Translations under genes and position numbers: made by a program
Assembly: GCA_013239625.1 (NCBI GenBank)
Contig: MU054323.1
Span: 5,879,220-5,943,219 of the forward strand
Reading direction: 5' to 3'
DNA from: Lama guanicoe
Lineage: Eukaryota
DNA: 64,000 bases
Shown: one piece after another, positions 37,491-50,789 of the stretch
Layout of the letters: the number at the start of each line of letters is the position of its first letter
Numbering within the stretch: the first letter of the stretch is position 1
The notes under the pieces: model-generated
What the model was told of the DNA's origin: nothing
Databases searched by the model: none
What the model saw: the letters and a program-made list of their open reading frames with translations, nothing else

Positions 37491-40459
37491 GCGTGGAGTG
37501 GATGGTTGGCAATGTGATCACTCTGCCATTAACCTTACAGATTTAGGACCAGGTTAGACCTAGGCCTCTCAGAGGATAAATCTTCCATGCTCCTGATCAA
37601 CACCAAGCTCTGATTGTGCCGCGTAGACCATGAGCAAGGCTACAGGGTTCAGACTTGGGAGAAGGGATTCCCAAACCTCTCTGCAGCTCCACGCCGAGAC
37701 CAAAACCCACTGAGTCTCAAAGCCTACCTTGTTTTACCCTGTGAAGCCACTTTTCCCCCATCCCTTCTCTCTAAGGGGCAGGGGAGTCCAGGGCACCCTG
37801 AGCCCTGACAGCCAAGATGTTGGCCAGACCTGGCAATGGGCAGATGCCGGAACCATGACCTTGTTTGGTAGCTGCCTCTCCTGTCCCCATGCTGTCTCCA
37901 GCCCCCTGACATGTATAGCAGTGGGCCCCATAAAGGGCCAATGTGGTTGGCCTCTCGTGTGCTGTGAGCACAGGTCAAATACCCCCTTGAAGAACCAAGG
38001 CAAACGCCCCAGAGTCAGTCACCAGGAAGGGGACAGGCCTCAGATAAGAACCTGGAGCAGAGAAGGTGGGAGGGAAGAGGGAAGCCCCGGTCTCTCTGGG
38101 CTCTGCTTGTGGGGTCCGGACTTTGAGGTGGGCTCTCACCTGGGTGTCAATTCCGGTGTGGTGGATGTGGAGATGGGGGCTGCCACATGGAGCCAGGATG
38201 GGCCTGACCAGGCCCGTGGACCCTCCTGGAGAACAGCTGGGCAGCCAGCTTATCCGGCCGCATTCTACTTCCTCTTTCCACTGCTCTCACTCACCTCCTG
38301 GCCCGCTGTTCTGTTTTACTCCCTAGGACTCTAGATAAGTCTTGTTCAAATGTTATAGCCTGGCCCCAGGAGTGTGGGAAGAACCAAGGGGAGAGACTTG
38401 TCCACATCTGAGTCAGAGTTGTAAGCGGCAGCGTGGTGGGGGGGACGGCCCCACCCACACGGCGACCTAGAAGGTGCTGGAGAGGGGGGTACCGTGTGTC
38501 TCGGCACCGGGAAGGAGGGGGCACTGTACCCACCGCACTCCCGCCCGGCAGCGTCAGCAGCTGGCCTTCGCATCAGTGAATTAGGGATGCCGGCGCCTGT
38601 CCTGCCTCTCCTGGGGTCCGCGCGGCCATCTAATGAAGGAGAGAAGATGCAGAAACACTCCAAAGAGCCCACGGCACCAGGCAAATGTGAAGCGTCATCA
38701 TGAAAAGCTTAAATTTATGGGTCTAAAGGAGAAGCAACATCTGGGAAGGAATTATTGCAATTTAAAGGGAGGATGCAGGCCTGTTTATAAGAGCGAAATC
38801 TGGAAGCGATGTCTGATTTTTTTTTTTAAACTGGTTTGTATTCCAATCATGAAGCTGTGGTGTGAACGTCCAGATGTTCGAAGCAAAATTGGAGAAAATG
38901 AGTTGAGTCTTAGAGGCATTTTCCTTCCATCAACAGAGCTTTACTGAGCAGCTACTACGTGCCAGGTGCTACTACACGCTGGGCTCACACCTAATGCCAC
39001 TGCGGCTGAGTCCGTGTAACAGGCCTGCGGGCGCCTCTGCCCTTCTCTCCAGCTAACGACCTTCCGGAAGTGCAAGGTCATCCCAGTTCCGGATCCAGTG
39101 ACAGGAAAATCCCTATTAACTCAGGGAGGGGTGCACTGAGTGGTGGGGCTGAAATGGGGGGATCCTAGTTAATTTAATTACTGGGAGGTCTGCCCTGCAA
39201 TAATGTTTTGTGTGGGCGGAGTTGATTTACGACTTTTTTTTCTGAAACGTGTGGGTCTGGGTTTCCGGCAGAGCTCTGCCATGGCATGGCTCAAGGTGCG
39301 ATCAGGCACAGGCACCCCGTTGTCCGTATCTCCCCATTCTCCTTGCCCAGACCAGCCGAGAGGGACCAGGAGACAGGCCATTACGAAGCCTCCTTGGGTA
39401 ACACTGTACCCTTATCTTGATACTCTCCAGTGATTTTTCTCAGAAGGGTCTGTACTCCAGAGAGTGCAGGAAAAACTTCTGGGGGGGAGTTTTCAGTAGG
39501 AGAAGGGGTGAAGGGGGGAGGTCCAGGAAAGGGGAGCAGGTGCATGTCTGGTCACAGAAGTGGAGGAGAGCTGGGGGTGTCTAGGGGCAGGAGACCCGGG
39601 CAGTGGAGGACACTGGGAAGAGCCTCTGGTCCGGGAGTGATGGGACCAGTTCTGGGACTAAGCATATTTCCTCCAGCACCAGCGGGGCCACTGGGAGGCT
39701 GTTGCTGTGACCCAGGTGAGAGGTGGGGAGGCCTCGCCCCAGGCAGTGGAGATTGGAGAGACCTGTTCCGAGCAGTGCTGGGGGTGGGGGGGGAGTGCCA
39801 GGCCCTGAGATGAGGATCCAGCAGTGGCAGAAGTAGGGGAAAGTCAATCACAAACACGTGCATCTCAGTTGGGCAGGGGTAAAATTGATTACTGAAGTGC
39901 GGAAAGTGCAAAAAATCGTCAGTATATCAGTGGTGGTGCCAAAGCTCCACCGTACCTGACAGAATCTTACTCCTTAGAATTGAATTTCTCTCATTGGAAA
40001 GAATTGAATTTAGTTTTTCTCTTGTTGAGGGGGAGGTGGTGAAATGAAAAACAAACCAAAAAAAAAAAAGATTGGAAACAATGAGTAATAGTAACGAAGA
40101 ATCCAGGTGAGCTGCCTTCCTGCTGACAGAGGTGTTGTGGTAGGTGTAGGGGGCCCCCTGTAGCTTCTCTACTGTAGGAGGGTCTGCTCAGGGTGAGGGG
40201 GTCACTTCGGAACCTGACCACCTCTGGGGCATCTGGAGGCTGCTGAGAAGTGGGCGATGGGGTTGGGGGGGTAGCCATTTGGGTTGTAGGATTGGTTTGG
40301 GCTCACCAGGACCTGACTGGGGTGCAGACACCCACTGACACCTGTGCGTTTATTCAGCCCAGGGTGGTGACTACAGAGAAAACACAGGACAGCTCCAAGC
40401 TTCTCGTTGCTTGAGGTCCCAGGAACAAGGGGGCCGAAATTCAGAACAAAGATGTGGGT

Positions 40460-40677
40460 TGGGAGGCACAGGTCTAGGGTTCCAGGTCTGGCTCCCTCCC
40501 TCCCTCACTTGCTATGTGACTTCAGGTAATTCTTATTTTCCGTGAGCCTCAGTTTCCTCACCTGTAAAATGGGAGTACTAAAAGTAACGTATTCATAAAC
40601 TTGTTAGAGAAGACAGATGAGAAACTGTGAATGACTAGCTTTGTGATCGTCGAACATTATGAAAGTATTGTTATTAT
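40460..40677 (+). mobile_element. MIR SINE
   Basis: gctatgtgacttcagg...gagcctcagtttcctcacctgtaaaatgggag. Confidence 0.85.
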
Positions 40678-42591
40678 CCCTCAATCACAAGTCATGGTCT
40701 CTGAAGATCCTATCTTTCTTTGAAGAACACGCACCCGTAGAAAAGCTTGCCAGGCGGTGCCTCCCTACTTGGAGAATGCATAATGGATCTCATCAATGGC
40801 CAGTTCTGGCTCCTTAATGGAAAGAGGAAGCCTCTGCGTTGTGCTGGGTGGGCTCTCGGACCGCGCGCCATCTTTACATCTTCAATCTCCCGTTGTAAAA
40901 GCAGTGCCTTCCGGACCCCTCAGTCGAGAACCTGATGGATAAACACTCAGAGAGAGTGTTTATTTTGGGGGTTGGCAAGATGCCTGCAGGCTTTGGTGAA
41001 CCCATGGTTGATATTATTAATGGCTGGCCTGTTTTTCTCTCATAAAAGAAAGAGAGTGTGAATGAGAGTTCCCCTTGCAGGATACGTACAGAGCAGACAT
41101 CCCAGCCGGTGCCTGGTGTGCAGTGGGGTCCTGCACCTGGGCTGACAGGACTGTGGGTGTGGGAGCTGGTTTCCTCCCTACAGTGTACAGCCTCCTGTTC
41201 TTCTGCTTTTTTTCTCGCAAGGAAGTTAGAATCCTCTTTCCCAGTTGTCTGTGGGGTGGTGAGCTACCCACGCACTGGAGCCGTAATTGGTGTAGCATGG
41301 TCAAGACCCAGGCAGGGCTGCTCTCTTATCCTGCCTCAAACGGGAGACTCCCTGATTGGTTTCTCCGCTCTTAAGGCAGTTTCTCTCCAAAAAGTTGGTA
41401 TCTTTTATAAGTAAGTTAAAAAAAAAAAATCCTGGCCCCTTGTTTATAATTCTCTTGGCTATCAATTTGGCTCATGTCAGGAACCATCTTTATTTACAGA
41501 CTTTGAGTTGGAAGGGGGCCTCAAAAGTTTCTTTGAGTTTAATTTTGAGGCTCTCCCAGCATTTAGGCAGTTATTTAACCCAAACAGCCCATTCATGGGT
41601 CTTGATTTCATATTGGCCTTTATGCCCTGTCAAACTCAGTTAGCATCTCTTCAGGGCCTTGAGAAGGTAAAGGACTTAAGACCAATTTCACAGGCATTGA
41701 CTTATTACCTACTGTATTTTTTAAACTAAAGTAAAAAGTCCCTCATCTTTTAGAGACTCATCCTTTCTTAAGCCTGGAAGCTGCCCTTTGATGATGAGAT
41801 AAGTGGGAGAGAAAGGATCAGTTTGACCAGCACTGTCAAAGGTCAAGTCCAGAGGTGGTACCTTCATCTCCCCTGGAGACGGAAAACCATGCCTACCTCT
41901 CTGTGATTTCCTGGGTTCTTCCCTGAGATTCATTTCTCCCAGGCCATGATCTTGGGAAATTTAAGGTTTTACAGTGTTATCTTGGGAACAAATTATTACT
42001 AGAAATCAGTTTCTAGTCATTTATTTTAAAATCACTTTAAATATCATGCATCTCCTTAGAGTAGAATGAATTTAGGTGCATGGATATAGCTTCTAGGCCT
42101 CCTAAGAAGAAAAGATAGTGAACGAAGGGTCCATTGTGTACCCCCCTGTGATGGATGTCGTAGGCCAGAGATTCGAATATTAAGATAATGTCTGTCCTCA
42201 GGATGCCCAGGATTTGAGTGCAAGGAGTAGAGGTTGGGTGGGAGGAAGAAGAGCAAGAAGAGGAAAGAAATGGAATTACTGAGACATGAGCTAACACCGA
42301 ATATGAGCTGAGAACAGCTAGAAACCCCTCAAGGGAGGAGCATCTGGTTGGGATGGGCGAAGATGTCATGAAGGAGGTGTGACCGGCCCTGGGACTGTGA
42401 GTGGGTGATGGCAATACTGAGATGCTGATGCTGAGAATGGTACTTATGTACCAGTCTCTCTAGTTTTAAAAATGGAAAATGAAAGTTCATAGAAATTAAA
42501 TAATTTAGCTGGTGTCACAAAACCAAGAGCCATGTTAGAATTCTAGTTCAGATGGCTGATTCCAAAGTCCTGCTTCTAACCATCTCTGATA

Positions 42592-43062
42592 ATATATTCG
42601 TTAGGATCCTGACAGGAGCAGACACATTCAAATGTGTAATTTGAAGAGAGTTCAACGAAAGGGCTATTCACAAAGGTGTAGACACAGTAGGAAGAGACCA
42701 CGGCAGGGCAATACCCCAGGGCTCATAATGGGGTGGGGGGAGGGAGCTGTTCCTGGAAGGCAGAGAGGGAGCTATGTGGAGCCTCCACCTACCCATCGCC
42801 AGCCAGAGCCCTGACCTTCAGTGGAGGGTCACAGCCATCCCATGAAGACAGTGCAAGGCACTGCAAGGAGGAAGGGAGAATAAACATCCAGCCCCACTCC
42901 CACACCCGGGCTCCCACTGGTGTCTGCATTGCCTAAACATAACCAGAAGTCACGGGGTCTCAGAGCTGGAGTGATGCCCTCCGTGCAGATGAAGTAAGCC
43001 TCCCAGGACACAGAACCAGATGGGAAGCAGACCTGGAGGACCAAACAGAAGATCCCCAGCTG
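42592..43062 (-). mobile_element. LTR33-like ERVL solo LTR
   Basis: aatttgaagagagttcaacgaaagggctattcacaaaggtgt...cctggaggaccaaacagaagatccccagc. Confidence 0.65.
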
Positions 43063-43534
43063 TGACGTCACACGTGTCCGCTCACGTCAGGATCTTCTCA
43101 TAAGCATGTCAGGGAACCGTCCCGAAGAATGCGGCTTTGCGTGGGCTTTTTATTTTTGTTCAGAACTTTGTTTCAGTTATCTCCTCTGGAGGTGGCCTCT
43201 GGGGACCACAGAGGAGGAAGGACGAGGCCACTGGCATCAGAACAGTTTGGACAGCCCTGGAGCGTTGGGTCACCTGGGTTGCAGAGAAGGGAAGCAGCCT
43301 AACCTGACACTGGCAACCGAGAGGCTTGTCTCAAGAAAATGAGAGCTCCTCCTAAAGCTGGGTGGCCAGGAGCTCGGACTCTCGGTTAGTAGCCTGTACA
43401 GTGGCCTGCAAGGCCCTGCCCAGTCTGGATACTCACCTCTCTAGCTCAGAGTCCTACTAAAATCTCCCATGTCCAGCCACAGTGGGGTCCTTGCTGACCC
43501 AGGAGCACAGGAGTCATGCTCCCCGACACCTGCA

Positions 43535-43890
43535 CAGCCCACTCCCTCATCACCTTCAAGTGTGCTTGAGTGTCATCTTCCCGTGAGGCTTGTTACCCCG
43601 TCCACCCTCGCTAAAGTGCATCACAGCCCGCCACCCACATCCTCTGCTCTGCTTCTTCCCTAGTAACTAGTACTCCCTTCTAACACACTCTGCAATTCGT
43701 ACTTATTCTTTGAGTTTACTGTTTATTCTGTTTCCACCCCCTAGGAGATGAGCTCCATGAGGGCAGGGATTTTTTCCCCCTGTTTGGTTCACTCAGATTC
43801 CCAGGGCTAGAACACTGCCTGGTATGTAGCAGGCACTCCATACACATGTATCAAATGAATAAATGAATGAATAGGTAGGTGAATGAATGA
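43535..43890 (+). mobile_element. L2a 3' end
   Basis: gagctccatgagggcagggatttt...ctagaacactgcctggtatgtagcaggcactcc...aatgaataaatgaatgaa tail. Confidence 0.85.
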
Positions 43891-45559
43891 GATCCACAAG
43901 GGTCTAAAAATGGACTGACCGCTGTACACTGGACCTCTCCCTTCACCAACATGTATCTGTCAAGGATCTTTCCCAGAAAAACATCGATCGTTTATTATCA
44001 CCAGTACTGTCAATACTTTGTGGCCAAGGGGATCGATTTATCCGTGGGCTTCACATAAGCTTGGCAGAGGAAATGTACTCACGACGTTGGCTCTGTGTCA
44101 AAATTAAATGGTGACCTTGGCTTACTTTGCTTCCCTACAGAGGTTATTTCTTAATCATAAAGGAAACATTCTATCCTTGGGGAAAGTAATATTTTTGCCA
44201 CCTCCAGCTTTACAATGGCTCTTTGATATGGCCCACGTGTCTCTGTCAGCAGCAGCTGAGAAAGCTTGAGTTTGAGAGGCTCCGAGAAAGACCCGTTGTG
44301 TCGTCGGAGAGAAGCTCGTCTTAGGGCGGGATTAGTTTACAATAACTTATTTACCTGTCCACATCCTTCATATCACATTAAAGCTTTCCCCTGCTAGCCA
44401 GGACTCTGGAGTGCTACGAGGAAAAAGGAAAATCAATTGATAATGATATATTCAGTTTAGAAAAATATATTGACTCGCAGGTAATGACAGTCATGCATTT
44501 TTTGCAGTAGAGGATGCCATTTCCTGTCGTGAAGATGGCTTTCACATATATTATATTTGAAAGAGGGAACGAGGAACAGCCCTGCCTCCCCATAATAGAT
44601 AGCCTTTTTCTACGAGGTATTAAATCTATATTTTTTTAAACCTTCTCTCCAAGGAGCCCATCCTTTGCCTCCTCAAGGTCTTCTTGTCCATTGCGTAAAA
44701 GAAGTAATGATTTGTTTCTGTAATTCTAAGGTCTGTGTCCTGTTCCCTTTTCAGCATTAGATTCAAGACTTAAATTTCTTATTTTTCCCCATGTTTGGAA
44801 TTTCTTGGTTTGGATTAGATGGAAGGGAATGTCATTATTCTCTCTTATTGAATGTCAGTGGCTCTACTCTGGGGATGAGGGCTTTGTGTGTTTGGGGATG
44901 GGGGAGCGAAAGCTGGTGTCTACCCCTTGGGGCTCTCTGCTGCCCACTCAGACCCCGTGATCTTGGGGTGCCATGGCAGGGTTTGGGGACCCCCTGTGTG
45001 ACATCACCTACACCTGGAAATCCAGGATAGGGACTAGCTGCCCCTTAGAGTGGGGACCATCCCAGATACTGGAATTCCAGAGAGAACTTTCTACAAAGAT
45101 GATATGTTTCCCCCACCCCACCCCACCCATCTCCTGTCTCTCCTGTCTCTCTCTAGACGGCCTGGCCTCCTGGTGATGCTCACACCCTGCTAAGTGTTGG
45201 TGGCTATCAAGGATTCTGCATCCTGGGGACGAATCCCGAGCTTGCCAGAGACGGACGGCGCAAGGTAGGTCAGCTCCCTGGAAATCAGAAGGGCATCTTC
45301 TCTACCACTGATTGCCTGGAGGAAGTGAGGTCCTCTCACCCTTTTGGTCAGTGAGAGTTTTACCATAGAGGAGGGATTAAGTGGTACCCTGAGGCAAGCT
45401 AAGCCATCTGGACCCCGATCTACCTGGAATCCACCCATAAGCATGGCTGTCACACTTTGCTCACCTGGGACTGGGGTCCCACAGGAGGCCGGATATGGGG
45501 ACGCCCAGCAGCCGAGTGACCCTTACATGCCTCAAAAACTGTAGTTTCTTCTTTTGTGA

Positions 45560-46020
45560 TTTAACTTTTCTTGTTATTAAATATCACTAAAATATGACTT
45601 GTTCATTGGAAAAATATTTTAAAAGATAACACCTAAAATTATATAAATTACTTACAACTGTAATCCTGAGAAATAAGCATTTAAGGGTCCTTTTTTATGC
45701 TTCTTCCCTATGTGTATATGCAAGCGTGCGAGCACACACAGAGATGGGCTCACACTATACGTACTGCTCGGTGATGCACTATTTTGACTTCACGATATGT
45801 CACAGGTTCCTTTTTATGTCAGTAAATACAAATCTATAGCATTTCTAAAGGCTTTATGTCATATGCTCGTAATAAGCTACAGAACTTACTTAACCAGTGC
45901 CTTAATAATGAACATTTAGTGTGTTTTTACTGTTTCACTCTTACAGATAATACTACAGCAAACATTTCTGTATGTATGCGTGCATAGTCATTTGATGATT
46001 TCCTTGGATTAAATTTGTGG
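45560..46020 (-). mobile_element. Old L1 (L1ME-like) fragment
   Basis: ttacttaaccagtgccttaataatgaacatttagtgtgtttttactgtttcactcttacagataatactacagcaaacatt. Confidence 0.65.
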
Positions 46021-46993
46021 ACCTCTGCCCTACGATTTTGATTCAGGGCTGTCCAGCCTAGATTACGAAGACCAGGCAGTCAGGAGACTTGGGGGGACAC
46101 AGCCTACCTCGTGAGGGCAGAAGTCTGGTGAAACGAATTAGCCAGCTGGGCTGGAATGAAGGTGGGGCCGGGGGCATGAGGTGCAGGGCAGCTGAGACTG
46201 AGCTGGCCTGGCCTGGCCTGGCCTGGTGGCACTTGAGCACTTAGAAGCCCATGGGCAAAGCCACCTCTGCATACCTGCAAGGGCTGGTGCTGGGGGAGCT
46301 CACGGCTCAGGTGCCATGTTCTCAGCAATGCCACGCCCTGGTGCCCTCCGACCCAGAGCCTCGTGGCCTATGCCTGAGGCCAGCCTGCAGCCTGAGGTCC
46401 AGGCTCCTCACACAGCAGGGGCCACAGCAGCAGACAGACAAGGTTCCTGCCATGTCTGGATTATCTGCTGGTCAGAGAGCTTTCTCTTTGGACTCAGAGA
46501 CAGAAGGGTTGGAGATGCCCTCCACTCACAGAGCCCTCGCACAAACTGAAGGGATCCCGAGTTGCCGGCAGTCATGGTTGTCAGCAGGAAGTAGGAGGAG
46601 GCTCCAGGCTGGGCCTGAATCAGCCACTGGAATAGAAGAATCATCCCCATGCGTCCAGCCTGCTGCCTCCCAGCAGCCCAGTAGGGGTGGCCAGCACGGG
46701 CAGATAGGCTCCTGACCTTGAGTGTTGTGGGGCTGTTGGCACATTCCTAAGAGCGCCACTGACTTGACACTAGGTCGTCCTTGACACTAGGAAGTGCTTT
46801 GCTTCTGTGGCTGTCGGGTCAGAGGAGGGGAGTTGGAAAACTAGACAGCTGAGCTTGGATTTGGTGACCGTGGCATTCTCAGCTCCTGGTGGGGATAGAC
46901 GTGGAGTTAAGTGTCTGAGAAAAGATTCTGGAGTTGCTCTTCACAGAAGTCAGTTTTCTAAGAATACTCCTTCAAGTTTTAGACGTATGAGTG

Positions 46994-47192
46994 TGGCGGG
47001 GGTGCAGGGGATGGAGAGACCCAGGGCAGTGGGTTGATGGCCCTTCTTTTGGGGTCTTCTATTCCCTGCCTCTGACACAAGCTGGCGCATGGCTCTTACT
47101 CATCCCAAGCTTCGAGAAGCATGTATTTTAGGATAGGGAAGGACCTTGAGAGTGATGTCACCAGGCGTATCTGATGGGATACACCCCTTGTG
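46994..47192 (+). repeat. 199-bp direct duplication, copy 1
   Basis: Ungapped match to 48099-48297 with 12 substitutions counted by hand (~94%). Confidence 0.95.
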
Positions 47193-48098
47193 CTCACCAG
47201 ACCAGACTGGTCTTCCCACTGAACTCATGGTGGGCTTCCCTGCCACCTGGCCAGTTCCTGGAGGATGAGAATCACATCTGATTCTCTCTGTATTCCCTTC
47301 CACCTCCCCCACCTAGCACCTGCCAGGGCTTTCAATAAATACTCACTGCACAGACAGCCATAGCGCGTGGCTGGGTGCTGGGTTGTATGTTTCCCTCACG
47401 TGCAGGACTCCCACTGGTTCCCAAGAAGATAGGAAGTTTCCATGGCCCACTTTGGCCCCTGGTGACCAATGGAAGAACTATCACTTTCCTGTGGAATGGG
47501 GCCAGGTCACAGGGCTCTGTGTATCCTGCTACAAAGCGGGGACTGCTCGGATGCAAAGAGGCAGGGCTGCTCTCTGCCTGTCAGTGGTGTGATGAGGATC
47601 CTCTACATGAGCAAGAGCATGGTACCAGAACAGCCAGCAGGACCGAAATCCGATGCCAGCACTGCAGTGTGTGACCCCCAACAAGGGGTGGGGGGTGCTG
47701 AGGGGAGGTACAGCTGAGGACCCGGTTAGTTGGGGAAGTGGAGGCTAAGCCAAGGATGGCGTTAACAGACACCTAGGCTCCGAGGTGACTCAGGGTGAAT
47801 GCCGATCCCCATCGGTGCTGAGGAGCACCCCCATGTGGCATCCCAGCCTCCATCCTGGGACTGTCTCAGGGCTACCTGGCAGGCCCCTTACCCCTCTGTG
47901 TGCCCTGCATCCTGGGAGGACATCACAAATGTCTCCAACCTAATGGGAGCTGTTCCACTAGAGGACACTGTGTACCGTGCCCTGGACTTTCACACTCACA
48001 GGAGCTTCACCCAGTGAAGCCATCCCGCAGGTGCCCTCGCTGAGCACACTCACGTCCTCTGCTTCCTTCTCTCCCTCACTCCAGGCAGCCTTGTTCAT

Positions 48099-48297
48099 TG
48101 GCGGGGGTGCGGGGAATAGAGAGACCCAGGGTAGTGGGTTGATGGCCCTTCTTTGGGGGTCTTCTATTCCCTGCCTCTGACGCAAGCTGGCTCATGGCTC
48201 TTACTCATCCCAACCTTCAAGAAGCATGTATTTTAGGATTGGGAAGGACCTTGAGAGTGATATCACCAGGCATATCTGATGGGATACACCCCTTGTG
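48099..48297 (+). repeat. 199-bp direct duplication, copy 2
   Basis: Ungapped match to 46994-47192, offset 1105 bp. Confidence 0.95.
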
Positions 48298-49984
48298 GGC
48301 TCCTCTTTCTTATCCATCCCCCTTTGGCTTCCACCCCAAGGATGGACCTGTGGGCTGACATTTCAGTGCTACTTTCTCCAACACATACAAGCTGCCACCC
48401 ACTTGTCCTTAGTTCTTGCCTGTCCTGGCCACATCCTGGGGACCTTGGCAGCCCCTACCTCCTCCGGGCATCTGGGAGCTCAGACCCCCTAGGAGGCCAT
48501 GTAACCCGTGGGCTCGGGCACAGGTCCTTCAGTGGAGCTTCAGCCAAACCCTCAGCCTGGCCCGGGTATCCTTAGTACATCTCTGGTCCATTCCCTGCCC
48601 GGTCCCTGCAGCTGTTCCCCACCTTCTCCACTGTCCTAAAGTCGTCCAGCCGGCCCCGTCCACCTCGGGATCCACAAATGATCTCACTGCTTGTGTCCCA
48701 TTGAGAAATGTCTCGTGGAGAACTGTGGGCAACATCTCTGTCTTTCTGGCCACCCCAACCCCTTTTCCTCCTTCTGCCTATAAATGAGGTTGTCTGTGCT
48801 CCCAGGTTTCCCTCAGCTTTCCTGTCTCTCATCGACCCCTTTCCTCTGTCTGCATCAGCTGTCCCTGGGGCTTGATTCTGGGGCAGCACCTCTGTCCTAA
48901 GGCCCCGACCACTTCTCCAGAGTCCTGAGAATCCGTTATCCACCTGTCTTGATCTCTTCTGAGACTCAGCCTGGCCAGACCTCTAGGGGTGCCTCACCGC
49001 TCGCCCCTCCCTCGACTGTGAACCTCCGTCTTCTTCGCCTTGAGTCTGTCATCTTCCCTCCTGGATCATGAGCTTCTGGAGGACAGGGACTGTTCTCTTA
49101 CCTCCCCATCATGGGATCAGATGATCTTATTCAGTTCAGAGGACATAGGACTGCTGGACAGAGTGACCTCACAGGCCGTGTAGGTTGGACAGGACCCGAG
49201 ACTGGGAGACTGGCCCCAATCCACCACCTTGTCCTAAATCCACCGCTAACTCCAGGCAAGCCCCAGACAGCTTTCAGAGCCTCTGTCTCCTCTGCTGTAG
49301 GTGGAGAATAATCCCCCACCATCCTAGCTCCCAAGGGGGGCTTGGCAGCTTCAGCGGGAAAATGACACTGCCTGGGCGGCAGTGCTCAGCCTTCGGTGAA
49401 CCCTGTGGGCACCTGGGGGCCTTTAACCAATGTAACACACCTGGGTTCTTCCCCCAGACCTTCTAACTTAGCTGTTCTCATGGGGATGGGCATCTGTGTA
49501 TCCTAAAGCCTTAACCACTACTCTCAATCAAAGATATTACCAAACTCCTGGATTCTAAGCCCTGAGCAATGGAGGCGAAGGTTACGGAGATTTGGCAAAA
49601 CAGAATTCCTGGATAATATGTAATTTATCTCCTCTTTAAGATGTTCTAAAAGCCTAACCCCTGGATCTAGCCACCTGAAAGCCAGGGAACTTGGCTATGG
49701 TCCAGTGGCAACCCTGTTCATCTCGCCCCAGCCTAAAAATGCTTTTACATCAACCATGCTTGTTAGAAGATATTTTTTTTTCCCTATTGATCACATGGAG
49801 ATGCCCACATTTAGGATTTGGGGGCAGTTAATGTTCCTCCTGACCTGGTGACCCCGTCACTGGTACCCTTGGAGAAGTGCCTCTGATCTGAGCACATATT
49901 TTCCTCCCGGGCCACTGTCAGAGTGTCTCACGTTGGATCACGTTGTAACAGATCAGCTCCTTGTTTGTTTCTTCCAGGTCTAAA

Positions 49985-50162
49985 CAGTGGCTCTCAACCC
50001 TGGCCGGATATTAAAATCACCCAGGGAAGTTCTTTAAGTGCCGATATCCAGGCTACACATCAGATCTATTAGATCAAAATCTCTCCAGATGGGACGCAGG
50101 CATCAGTGTCTTTGTGACGCTCCCCAGGCAGTTCCAACAGGACGCCAAGGTCAGAGGCACCG
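49985..50162. mobile_element. MER5-family hAT-Charlie MITE
   Basis: cagtggctctcaaccctggcc...aaatcacccagggaag...ctccccaggcagttcc...ggtcagaggcaccg, 178 bp. Confidence 0.75.
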
Positions 50163-50789
50163 CCAAGCCTAGGGGTGTGACCCACCTCTAGCAGACGTGG
50201 GGACTTCCCAGGTGTGGCTTCCCCCAGGCAGCATGCCCTGTGCCACTTCCCGCCCCTACCCTTGTTTGTCTCTCTCCTGCTTTGGGTTTACTTTGTCTTA
50301 CAGTATCCTTTTAAGTCACCTTCAGTCCTTTCTGAACTCAGTGAGGTGAAAACAAACAGAATAGAAAGCTTCCTGCTTTTCTCTGGCTGGGCCCTGGGCA
50401 CAGCTTCCGCCCCGTCAGGCATCCAAAGAGAGAGGGTTGGAGCCCCCGCTTCCCCACCTAGAGGTGCCAGGTTGGCACCCTCGGTTCTGGTAATCCCCAC
50501 ACTGGGGAATTACAGCCAGTTCTGCCAAGAGCTCTCCAAGGCCCATGAGAGAGGCTGGGTCAGTTCACAGCATCTGTGTGCTGACATGGGACTGGGGCCA
50601 AGAGGGGGCTGACGGGGTGGCCCACCAGAGCATCACTGTGCCCTGGACGGCAGCTGTGCACCCTTGTCTGCCCTCCTCCGTCCGCACAATTCGGCCCCAT
50701 GCTCAACAACGTGCTGAGATCGTTGGCCATAGGCAGGAGGTGCCCTGGGGGCAGATCCCCAATTTCTGGATGCTGAGTTGTGCGGGAAG
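50133..50789 (+). repeat. Inverted duplication, left arm
   Basis: Reverse complement aligns to 56868-57830; also visible as twin ORFs 50214+ / 57424- and 50500- / 57111+. Confidence 0.97.

Noticed and set aside
39470..39800. G-rich stretch as G-quadruplex or promoter
   Set aside because: G-runs are irregular and the sequence resembles degraded purine-rich L2; no CpG island
50463..50515. Two adjacent small hairpins (ggtgcca-ggt-tggcacc; ctggtaatcccca-cac-tggggaattacag)
   Set aside because: Stems too short or imperfect for a pre-miRNA or other defined RNA; plausible by chance
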